A stretch of 64,000 bases of DNA, taken from the NCBI GenBank assembly GCA_963720925.1, contig CAVRHE010000014.1, forward strand, positions 214,575 to 278,574, read 5' to 3'. The stretch comes from an uncultured Acidobacteriota bacterium. GTDB taxonomy: Bacteria > Actinomycetota > Acidimicrobiia > Spongiisociales > ZC4RG35. A program made the position numbers and the translations under genes. This document shows, in pieces, positions 8,327 to 16,023 of the stretch. The notes under the pieces are model-generated. The model saw only the letters and a list, made by a program, of their open reading frames with translations, had not been told where the DNA came from and did not search any database. The first letter of the stretch is position 1; every line of letters begins with the position of its first letter.

Positions 8327-9916
8327 ATGGTTCAGCTGATGAGACGGCGCAGAGCCGACGAAGAAACGCCAGAGGGCGACGAAACCCCGATCCCGGAGTC
8401 GAAGACCCGGTTGATCGAAGCCATCCCGATCCCGATTGGGGATCCGTTGGAGACTCTTCTCCTTTCGTCGGGTGGGCCCGTTGTGTTGCGTGACCTCGAA
8501 CTGGAGTCGGAGACCGTGGACATCCTCCGGGAAGCCGGCGTCGAGCTCATCGTGCCGCTGATCGGCCAGGGCGAGCTCCTCGGTGCCCTCTACCTCGGCC
8601 CCCGGCTCTCCGATCAGCCCTATTCGACCGATGATCGGAGACTTCTCGGCAGCCTCGCCTCCCAGGTGGCGCCGGCGATGAAGGTTGCCCAACTCGTCCG
8701 CGAGCAGCAGGTCGAGGCGAAGGAGCGGGAACGCATCCATCAGGAGCTCCAGGTCGCGGCCCTCATCCAACAGACCCTCCTCCCGAAGGAGCTGCCTGCG
8801 ATCGCCGGCTGGCAGGTCGACGCCTTTTACCGGCCGGCACGGGCGGTTGGTGGCGACTTCTACGACTTCATCGCTCTCGACGATGGTCGGCTCGGCGTGG
8901 TCATCGGCGACGTAACCGACAAGGGCGTGCCTGCCGCATTGGTCATGGCGACCTGCAGATCCATGCTGCGCGCTGCAGCCCAACGTCACAGCTCTCCATC
9001 GGCGGTCCTGGCCGATGTCAACGATGGCCTGGTGCCGGAGATCCCACCGGCCATGTTCGTGACCTGTCTCTACGCCATCATCGATACCGATGCCGGGGAG
9101 GTGGTGTTCGCCAACGCCGGCCACAACCTTCCCTATGTGAGGCACGATGGCGGTGTCCTCGAGCTGAGGGCCACCGGCATGCCCCTCGGGCTGATGCCGG
9201 GGATGGGTTACGACGAGACCAGGTACGAGATGTCCGCGGGCGAGGTGATGGTCCTGACCAGTGACGGGATCACAGAGGCTCACAACGCCGAAGGTGAGAT
9301 GTACGGGTTTTCCCGTCTGATGGACCGAGTCGCCCGGAGGCCGATCAACGACGACGTCCTCAACGCCGTGGTCACCGAACTGGAGGCGTTTACCGGTGAG
9401 GGCGCCGAGCAGGAGGACGACATCACGCTCGTCGTCGTCAAGCGGACAGCTTCGGCTCAGGCCTCAGCAGAGACATTCGAGGAGCGACGCCAGATCATGG
9501 CCAAGTTCGCGATACCCAGCGAGGAAGGCAACGAGCGCATCGCCATCGCCAAGGTATCGGCCGCCGTCGAGGAGCTCGGTCTCGAGCCGGCACGGCTGGA
9601 GCGGCTGAAGACTGCCGTGGGCGAGACCGTGATGAACGCCATCGAGCACGGCAACGAGAATCGTGCCGAGCTCGACGTAGACGTCCAGGTTTGTGCCAAC
9701 GAGCAATCGGTCAGTGTTCTGGTCAGCGATCAGGGTGGCGACCGGTTGATCCCGGAGGCGACTGTGCCCGACCTCGAGGCCAAGCTCGCCGGAGAGCAAA
9801 CCCCTCGCGGCTGGGGCCTTTTCCTGATCGAGAAGATGGTCGACGAGGTGCGCTCGACCAGTGACGGTGCAACACACACGATTGAACTCGTGATGAACCG
9901 GAGAGGAGTTTCCTGA
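8327..9916 (+). CDS. Partner-switching enzyme: partial GAF-like N-terminus + PP2C/SpoIIE-type Ser phosphatase + C-terminal RsbW/SpoIIAB-like HATPase (Ser kinase) domain
   Basis: 529-aa ORF. The N-terminus is IPIPIGDPLETLLLSSGGPVVLRDLELESETVDILREAGVELIVPLIGQGELLGALYLGPRLSDQPYSTDDRRLLGSLASQVAPAMKVAQL (GAF C-terminal-half-like). PP2C motifs: AVGGDFYDF, GDVTDKGVPAAL, LTSDGITEA, EDDITLVVV. HATPase motifs: ETVMNAIEHGN (N box), SDQGGD (G1), RGWGLFLI (G2). Confidence 0.85.
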   Translation: MVQLMRRRRADEETPEGDETPIPESKTRLIEAIPIPIGDPLETLLLSSGGPVVLRDLELESETVDILREAGVELIVPLIGQGELLGALYLGPRLSDQPYSTDDRRLLGSLASQVAPAMKVAQLVREQQVEAKERERIHQELQVAALIQQTLLPKELPAIAGWQVDAFYRPARAVGGDFYDFIALDDGRLGVVIGDVTDKGVPAALVMATCRSMLRAAAQRHSSPSAVLADVNDGLVPEIPPAMFVTCLYAIIDTDAGEVVFANAGHNLPYVRHDGGVLELRATGMPLGLMPGMGYDETRYEMSAGEVMVLTSDGITEAHNAEGEMYGFSRLMDRVARRPINDDVLNAVVTELEAFTGEGAEQEDDITLVVVKRTASAQASAETFEERRQIMAKFAIPSEEGNERIAIAKVSAAVEELGLEPARLERLKTAVGETVMNAIEHGNENRAELDVDVQVCANEQSVSVLVSDQGGDRLIPEATVPDLEAKLAGEQTPRGWGLFLIEKMVDEVRSTSDGATHTIELVMNRRGVS

Positions 9917-10257
9917 TGGAGAGCGTGTTCGAGGCAACGGTGACCAGGACCGATGATGGATCCGTCGTGGTCATGAGCGGGACCGTGAACCGGGCAGCCA
10001 AGCAGGCACTGGAAGCCGCCTACGAGGAGGCGGTGGAACAGCCGGGCCGGGTTCTGATGGACTTCCAGTCCGTGGACTACATCAACTCCACTGGAATAGC
10101 GGTCATCGTGGGCGTACTGGCGATGGCCCGGGCGGAGGACCGTGAGGTGGGGGCCTTCGGTTTGACCGACCACTACCGGGAGGTGTTCAGCATCACCCGT
10201 CTGTCCGATTTCATGACCATTTACGACGATGAGACGGCTGCAGTCGCGGCCGGATGA
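9916..10257 (+). CDS. STAS-domain anti-sigma-factor antagonist-like protein (RsbV/SpoIIAA family), copy 1
   Basis: 113 aa. The start overlaps the phosphatase stop (TGATG). It has STAS hallmarks: VLMDFQSVDYINSTGIAVIVG, with a Ser at the position corresponding to the phosphorylatable Ser of SpoIIAA, and ...FGLTDHYREVFSITRLSDFMTIYDDE. Confidence 0.8.
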   Translation: MESVFEATVTRTDDGSVVVMSGTVNRAAKQALEAAYEEAVEQPGRVLMDFQSVDYINSTGIAVIVGVLAMARAEDREVGAFGLTDHYREVFSITRLSDFMTIYDDETAAVAAG

Positions 10258-10270
10258 GGAGAGGAGCATC

Positions 10271-10621
10271 ATGCCGACAGCCAATGTGACGATGAGCGTG
10301 CGGGAGGCCGCGCCCCGGGTACGGGTCATCGACATCGAAGGGGAGATCACTGGGTTTTCCGAGAAGGAGATCAACGCCGCTCATGAGGAAGCGGCCGAGG
10401 GCGGCGTCGACGCTGTCGTCCTCAATTTCGAGGGTCTCGAGTACATGAACAGTGGCGGGATCGGGCTCCTGGTCACCACCCTGATCAGGGCTCAGCGCAG
10501 TGGCCACCGTCTCATGGCCTACGGCCTGACTGACCACTACTGCCAGATCTTCTCGCTGACCCGTCTCGACGAGGCCATCGAGATCTTCGACGACGAGCCG
10601 GCGGCGCTCGCGGCCGTGTGA
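10271..10621 (+). CDS. STAS-domain anti-sigma-factor antagonist-like protein, copy 2
   Basis: ATG 10271 is preceded by GGAGGAGAGGAG. The sequence is MPTANVTMSVRE...VVLNFEGLEYMNSGGIGLLVTTLIRAQRSGHRLMAYGLTDHYCQIFSLTRLDEAIEIFDDE, paralogous to copy 1. Confidence 0.8.
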   Translation: MPTANVTMSVREAAPRVRVIDIEGEITGFSEKEINAAHEEAAEGGVDAVVLNFEGLEYMNSGGIGLLVTTLIRAQRSGHRLMAYGLTDHYCQIFSLTRLDEAIEIFDDEPAALAAV

Positions 10622-10640
10622 GACGATTCTTTGAACGGAA

Positions 10641-11852
10641 TTGAGCCCGACCGGCGCAATTGAGTTCACAGAGCAGTCCGGCCGGAGAGCGTTGGGCCGT
10701 TGGGTCCTGCTTGGGCTCCTCGTTGTGGCCGGGGTTGGGCTTTCCGTCGTTCAGCTGACACTGTCAGAGCGTCCCCTCGCGGACGCCTCCCTCGCCTCGG
10801 TCGGATTCCTGATCTACGCCGGAATCGGCGGTCTGATCGTCATACGTCGCAACGGTCATCCCACCGGCTGGCTGTTGATCTTGATCGGTTTGGCGGTGTT
10901 GTGGGCCGACGCGTTCGTTGGGCTTCCGGGAGTCTCCCCGCTGTTCGCCGCTTGGGTGTCGAGTTGGGGCTGGGGTCTGGTGTTCTGCTTGTTCGCGCTT
11001 CTGACGTTGACCTTTCCCTCGGGGCATCTGCCGGCGGGCAAAGGTCCGTGGTCCAGGGCAGGACGTGCCGCCGTATGGGTGCTTCCGATTCTCCTGGTGG
11101 CCACTGCCCTGACCGAGACGTTGAGCGGTGCCGAATCCTCGACCTCGACAGTCAACCCGATCGGGTTTCTCCCCGAGTGGCTCGGTTCTGTCGCTCTTCT
11201 TGGCATCGTGGCCATCCTGCTTGGCGGCGCGGTATCGCTCGTGATCAAGAGGCGCCGAGCAGTCGGCGCAGAGCGGGCCCAGTACACGTGGGTGGTATTT
11301 GCATTCGTGCTGTTGACCACCGCCGTAGTCCTCACGTTCCTCTTTGTCTTCATCTCGATCGGTATCGGCGCAGGTGATCCCGGCGATGACGCCTGGGGGC
11401 CGGCGTACGTGATGATGATCCTGTTTCCACTCTCTTTTGGCGTGGCAGTCCTCCGGTACCGGCTCTACGAGATCGACCGGATCGTGTCCCGGACGGTTTC
11501 TTATGCGCTGGTGGTCGGATTGCTGGCGGGAGCGTTCCTGAGTGTCGTCGCGTTGATGTCGTCTCTGCTGCCAACCGAGTCATCGGACCTGGCGGTGGCC
11601 AGCTCGACGCTGGTCGCGGCTGCCCTTTTCAACCCGCTGCGAAGAAAGGTCCAGGGTGGGGTGGACCGCCGGTTCAATCGCCAGCGCTATGACGCCCAGC
11701 GGGTCATGGACGGCTTCGCCTATTCCCTCCGGGACCGCGTCGACCCCGAAGAGGTGATGACCGGCTGGGTCGATGTAGTTTCGTCGACGATGCAGCCCGA
11801 CTCCATTGGCATGTGGGTGCGAGATGACGACGAAGCAGCCGGTGCTGTCTAG
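10641..11852 (+). CDS. Paralog P6 of the membrane sensor-module family, downstream of the STAS genes
   Basis: 403-aa ORF with a TTG start 19 nt after STAS-2; the exact start is uncertain. Motifs: RRNGHPTGWLL, KRRRAVGAERAQYTWVVF, LRYRLYEIDRIVSRTVSY, FNPLRRKVQGGVDRRFNRQRYDAQRVMDGFAYSLRDRVD, GWVDVVSSTMQPDSIGMWVRDDDEAAGAV. Confidence 0.8.
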   Translation: MSPTGAIEFTEQSGRRALGRWVLLGLLVVAGVGLSVVQLTLSERPLADASLASVGFLIYAGIGGLIVIRRNGHPTGWLLILIGLAVLWADAFVGLPGVSPLFAAWVSSWGWGLVFCLFALLTLTFPSGHLPAGKGPWSRAGRAAVWVLPILLVATALTETLSGAESSTSTVNPIGFLPEWLGSVALLGIVAILLGGAVSLVIKRRRAVGAERAQYTWVVFAFVLLTTAVVLTFLFVFISIGIGAGDPGDDAWGPAYVMMILFPLSFGVAVLRYRLYEIDRIVSRTVSYALVVGLLAGAFLSVVALMSSLLPTESSDLAVASSTLVAAALFNPLRRKVQGGVDRRFNRQRYDAQRVMDGFAYSLRDRVDPEEVMTGWVDVVSSTMQPDSIGMWVRDDDEAAGAV

Positions 11853-13244
11853 CCCTTGAGGGCGGCCCGTGCGGCGTAGTAGCCGCACATCCCGTGCACC
11901 CCTGCCCCGGGTGGGGTGGCCGATGAGCACAGGAAGAGACCCTCGCCGATGCGGTACGGGGCGGTCGCGCCGAGCTGGAAGACCTTTTTCACCCCGAATC
12001 CGCCACCGGCGATGTCGCCCCTGATGTAGTTGGGGTTGTGCGCCTCGAACTGGCCGGCGTTCATGGTGTGCCGCTCGAGGATCAGGTCCCTGAATCCGGG
12101 CGCGAAACGCTCAATCTGTGACTCGATCGCCTCAGTCATGTCGACATCCGAGCCCGATGGGACGTGGCAGTAACCCCAGGCGGTGTGTTTCCCTTCCGGC
12201 GCCCGGGTGGGGTCGAATCTCGACTGCTGCGCGACGAGGACCAAGGGGCGTTCCGGATGCTGCCCGGCGTGGACCTGGTCCTCGGCTTCGGCGACCTGCT
12301 CCCAGGTCCCGCCGACATGGACCGTCCCGGCCTGAGGGCTCCATTCGTCTGCCCATGGGATCGGGCCATCCAGGGCCCAGTCGACCTTGAACACCGCCGG
12401 GCCGACCTTCCACCCCGTCAGCCGGCGCCGGTCGCGAGGACTGACCCGGTTGCCGCCGATTCGAACTGCGGCCCGCGGCATCACGTCCAGCACGACCCCG
12501 CGGTTGGTGGGAAGCTCGTCGAGCGAGCCGATCATGCGTCCGGTCTCGATGCTGCCTCCGCCGTCGACGATGATCTTGGCCAAGGCCTCGGCGATGCGTT
12601 GTGATCCTCCTCGGACCATCGGCCAGCCATACGCATGCGCGGCGACTCCGAAGAGCAACGCCACCCCACCCGTGAGCGGAGAGCTGAACGGGGCGATGGC
12701 GTGGGCGGCCAGACCGGCGAGAACACCGCGTGCCTCCTCCGAGGAGAATCCCGAGGCGATGATCGAAGCCGGTAGGGCCCCCCGAGCTGGCAAGCTTGAC
12801 GAAGCTCCCCGGATTGTCGGGGACCAGCGTCATGGGCCCCAGGAAGTCCTCCATCACCGCATCTGCCGCCTCGACGAGTGGCCCGAAGATTCTGGTGTAG
12901 TGGCGGGCGTCAGGCCCAAAACGATCAGCAGTGGCCTGGACGTCCCTGAGAATGGCACCGGCGCGGCCACCGTCGAGCGGATGGGCGAGGGGGATGGTGG
13001 GATGGACCCACTCCACCTCGAGGCCGAGGTCACGGAAAAACGGCGAGGCGACACCCAGGGGATGGATCGCCGAGCAGATGTCGTGTGCGAACCCGGGAAG
13101 AGTGAGCTCTTCGGTCCGGGTCCCACCACCGATCTCGTCGGCCTGCTCCACGACGAGCACCCGTCGCCCGCGTCTGGAAAGCTCCGCCGCGGCAGAGAGG
13201 CCGTTGGGGCCGGAGCCGACCACAACTACGTCGTATTCGACCAT
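11849..13244 (-). pseudogene. FAD-dependent oxidoreductase of the phytoene-desaturase (CrtI-like) family, with one frameshift near 12778-12795
   Basis: The N-terminal piece is MVEYDVVVVGSGPNGLSAAAELSRRGRRVLVVEQADEIGGGTRT (Rossmann GxGxxG), readable to ...PGSFVKLA. The continuation (L)PARGALPASIIASGFSSEEARGVLAGLAAHAI...GLFLCSSATPPGAGVHGMCGYYAARAALKG is ORF 11849-12793. The frame change coincides with a C6 homopolymer (12778-12783). Confidence 0.75.
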
Positions 13245-13277
13245 GTGCCCCAGATTCTGCCCGAGAGGCGTTACGAC

Positions 13278-14054
13278 ATGGTCACCAGCGACTCGAAGCG
13301 GGTCGGATCCTCCCGTAACGATGGCGGAACGCCCCTCTGGTCAACTGGTGACATCGAAGAAAGGACCGAGTTGACCGAGCCGAGGGACACAGAGAATTGG
13401 GCACAGCCGGTGGACGTCTTCCACGTTGGGGAAGTCGCCGATGGTGCGCGCAAGGGCAACGTGGAGGGTCGCAAACCCACCGGGCCGCTGCAGGGCTTCG
13501 GACAGCTGTGGCAGAAGACGTATGAGGTGCGAATCCCCGGCCCGACGCCGGAAGAGGTCATTGCCACCTGGAAGTCGAAGTTCGGTGAGTTCTGGCCTTC
13601 CTACAACAAGTTCTATGCCCCCGCCGGCGGTATAGCCCCTGGTGAGGTAGCGGTGATCGGAGGCGGTAAAGGCCCGGCCAAGATCACAACCGGAGTCAGG
13701 GTGATCTACGCCGACGAACGCTCATGGTCGTACATGACTCCTGAGGGTCACCCATGGGCGGCCATCATCACGTTCAGCGCCCACGAGGGCGACGACGGGG
13801 CGACCGTAGCCAGGATTCATCTCCTGGTCCGGGCCAACGACCCCCTGTACGAGGTGAGCTTCAAGCTCTACACCTCGCGGATGGAGGACCAGATCTGGAA
13901 CCACACTTTGACCCAGGTCGCAGCGCACTTCGGTGTGGTGAGCCCGGTGGTCGAGTCCAGTGTGCAACTCGTGGACAAGAAGCGCCAGTGGAACCAGTTC
14001 TCCAATATCTACAAGAACTCCGCGCTGCGGACCATGCTCCGCCGGGATCGATAG
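13278..14054 (+). CDS. Conserved hypothetical protein (possibly DUF1990-like)
   Basis: This is the 3' third of the 555-aa ORF 12387-14054; the upstream part is antisense to the oxidoreductase gene. ATG 13278 follows GAGAGG. The sequence ...IYADERSWSYMTPEGHPWAAIITFSAHEGDDGATVARIHLLVRANDP resembles the DUF1990 core from memory only. Confidence 0.5.
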   Translation: MVTSDSKRVGSSRNDGGTPLWSTGDIEERTELTEPRDTENWAQPVDVFHVGEVADGARKGNVEGRKPTGPLQGFGQLWQKTYEVRIPGPTPEEVIATWKSKFGEFWPSYNKFYAPAGGIAPGEVAVIGGGKGPAKITTGVRVIYADERSWSYMTPEGHPWAAIITFSAHEGDDGATVARIHLLVRANDPLYEVSFKLYTSRMEDQIWNHTLTQVAAHFGVVSPVVESSVQLVDKKRQWNQFSNIYKNSALRTMLRRDR

Positions 14055-14061
14055 CACGCGA

Positions 14062-14089
14062 ATCGGGCCCCCGTCGCCGGGGGCCCGAT
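14062..14089. terminator. Strong GC hairpin between convergent genes (probable bidirectional terminator)
   Basis: ATCGGGCCCCC (14062-14072), a 6-nt loop GTCGCC, then GGGGGCCCGAT (14079-14089), giving a perfect 11-bp stem. It lies 8 nt after the stop at 14054. Confidence 0.6.
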
Positions 14090-14114
14090 CCATCATCCGC
14101 TGGGCGTTGGTTTC

Positions 14115-14654
14115 CTACAGGAGGACTGCTCTCTTGCGGATGTACAGGAACACGTAGCCGGTGAACATCAGGGTCAACCCGATCACTACCGCGAAGGCGG
14201 ACAGTGCATAGGAGACGATTCCCAGCCCGAGAGTGGTGGTCAGGGTCGTGGCGGGGATCCAGGATGCCCTGGCCTCGTTGGGCCCCATGACCTGCTCGCC
14301 GTTCTCGTCGAGGACGGCTGCGCCGCTCTCATCGACCATCGGGACTTCCCGGGGCATCTGGGAGTAGTAGAGGCCCTCGGTGTTGTCGAGCTGATGATGG
14401 GTGATGATGTCGGCCTGTGCCCACATCGTGAATGGCCCTCTGACAGGAGTCTCGGGGATCACAGCGTCATCGGGTGTGGTCACATCCTGCGCCACGGCCT
14501 GGTCCCAGGTGTACCAGGCGCCGAAGATACCGCCCGCCAACGAACCGAGCCCGACAGCCAGACTCAGGATGGCGGCGGTGAGAAGGACGAAAGTCTTGCG
14601 GGGAGAGCGGGCCTCATCCTTGGCGACCTGCCTCTCTCTTTCGATGGCAGTCAT
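14115..14654 (-). CDS. Hypothetical membrane protein (N- and C-terminal TM helices)
   Basis: 179-aa ORF with TM segments FVLLTAAILSLAVGLGSLAGGIFGAWY and LGLGIVSYALSAFAVVIGLTLMFTGYVFLYI. I did not recognise a family. Confidence 0.55.
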   Translation of the reverse strand: MTAIERERQVAKDEARSPRKTFVLLTAAILSLAVGLGSLAGGIFGAWYTWDQAVAQDVTTPDDAVIPETPVRGPFTMWAQADIITHHQLDNTEGLYYSQMPREVPMVDESGAAVLDENGEQVMGPNEARASWIPATTLTTTLGLGIVSYALSAFAVVIGLTLMFTGYVFLYIRKRAVLL

Positions 14655-14775
14655 TTGATGCCTCCTTTTGTGGGACCAACTGCCTTACGTGTTAATCCTC
14701 GGCGCTTGTGAAAGATTGCACGAGGGTCTTAGGTCCCGAAGACTCGGGAAGAAAAGTCCTGCTACAAACGCCCGC

Positions 14776-14868
14776 ATGCGACTCGCCGACCACGTGGTAG
14801 TAGTGACCGGTGCCTCCGGGATCGCCGCCTCCGGGATCGCCGCCGCAGGAGGGCTCAGGTGCCGGTGA
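14776..14868 (+). pseudogene. Remnant of a short-chain dehydrogenase N-terminus (about 30 codons) with an internal 15-bp tandem duplication
   Basis: ATG 14776 gives MRLADHVVVVTGASGIAASGIAAAGG..., the TGxxxGIG Rossmann start of SDRs. It ends after 30 aa inside the 3' end of the convergent crotonase gene. Confidence 0.4.
14812..14841. repeat. Perfect 15-bp tandem duplication GCCTCCGGGATCGCC x2
   Basis: Read directly: copy 1 at 14812-14826 and copy 2 at 14827-14841. It encodes ASGIA-ASGIA in the SDR remnant. Confidence 0.9.
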
Positions 14869-15664
14869 AGTCCGGCTTCCGCTTCTCCACGAAGGCGGAG
14901 ACCGCCTCGGTCAAGTCGTTTGAGATGAGAAAGGCAGCGTTCCATTGCGCCGCATTGTCCAGTGCCTGTTCCACGGTCCGCCCCTCGTTGCCGGCGAGAG
15001 CCTTCTTGATGCCCCGAATCACGAGCGGCGAGTTTTCGGCGATCTGCAGAGCGGTTTGCTTGGCCATCTCGAGCATGGCGTCCACCGAGGGGAGCACGTC
15101 GTTGACCAGGCCGATCGCGAGGGCCTGGCCTGCGTCGATGTCCTTTCCGGTGTAGGCGAGCTCGGCGGTATGACCCGGCCCGACAATGGCCGGCAGGCGT
15201 TGCAGGGTCCCGACGTCGGCGACCAGCCCCATTCGGGTTTCTCGAATCGAGAAGATCGCGTCCTCTGCGGCGACGCGGATGTCGCAGGCAGTGATCAGGT
15301 CCATGCCGGCGCCCAGGCAGTAACCGTGGACCGCGGCGATCGCTGGTTTGGGTGATTCGGCGAAACAACTCGCAGTCCGTTGCAGCTCCCTGACGGTGCG
15401 GTACAGATGCAGGCTGGACTCGGCCCGTGATCCGTCTCCTGGTTGCAGCGAGGCGAGCAACTCGATGTCGATGCCCACGGAGAAGGCGGAGCCACGGGCG
15501 GCCAGGATCACGACCCGAGCCGAATCGTCGGCGTCTATCTCGGCCATGGCCGCCGGGATGTCCGTCCACATGTCGGCCGACATCGCATTGCGCTTCTCTG
15601 GACGGTTCAGCCAGAGCGTGGCGACAGATCCGTCACGCTCGATCTCTATGTGCTGGTAACCCAC
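14855..15664 (-). CDS. Enoyl-CoA hydratase/isomerase (crotonase) family protein
   Basis: 269 aa: IEIERDGSVATLWLNRPEKRNAM...FSVGIDI...AAVHGYCLGAGMDLITACDIRVAAEDAIFSIRETRMGLVADVGTLQRLP. Confidence 0.9.
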   Translation of the reverse strand: MGYQHIEIERDGSVATLWLNRPEKRNAMSADMWTDIPAAMAEIDADDSARVVILAARGSAFSVGIDIELLASLQPGDGSRAESSLHLYRTVRELQRTASCFAESPKPAIAAVHGYCLGAGMDLITACDIRVAAEDAIFSIRETRMGLVADVGTLQRLPAIVGPGHTAELAYTGKDIDAGQALAIGLVNDVLPSVDAMLEMAKQTALQIAENSPLVIRGIKKALAGNEGRTVEQALDNAAQWNAAFLISNDLTEAVSAFVEKRKPDFTGT

Positions 15665-15673
15665 CCGGTCAGC

Positions 15674-16003
15674 CTATTTGGGAGGAAGTGAGCCGGCGAA
15701 GTCGAGGCCTGTCTCGATCCACCTCTGCAAGCCGCTGTCCTCGTCGATGGCCTCGGGGGCGACCAGGATCCAGCCTTTCATCGATCGACCCGTCATGTCG
15801 AACACCCGGACACCCGGCTCTGCCAGTGCCTCGTCCTGGTCGTCGGGGTCGATCCGGACCATCAGGTCGTCCTTGCTGACTCCGACAGCCATGTTGCCCG
15901 AGAGCATGAAGGCAATCCCCCCGAACATCTTCCGCTCACGGATCTCGGGGTTTTCGCTCAGCTTCTCCCGCACCCGGTCGGCCAGTGCCTCGTCATAGGC
16001 CAT
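15674..16003 (-). CDS. TfoX/Sxy N-terminal domain family protein
   Basis: 109 aa: MAYDEALADRVREKL...RKMFGGIAFMLSGNMAVGVSKDDLMVRI... Confidence 0.7.
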   Translation of the reverse strand: MAYDEALADRVREKLSENPEIRERKMFGGIAFMLSGNMAVGVSKDDLMVRIDPDDQDEALAEPGVRVFDMTGRSMKGWILVAPEAIDEDSGLQRWIETGLDFAGSLPPK

Positions 16004-16023
16004 GGGAGCTCGACTCTAGGCCC

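Noticed and set aside
8141-9283. 380-aa reverse-strand ORF opposite the phosphatase gene
   Set aside because: It is an antisense shadow of a gene with unambiguous PP2C motifs, and its translation has no recognisable features.
12387-13277. The 5' two-thirds of the 555-aa ORF 12387-14054
   Set aside because: This part is antisense to the CrtI-like oxidoreductase and has a Pro/Arg/Ser-rich composition. Only the portion from ATG 13278 looks like real protein.
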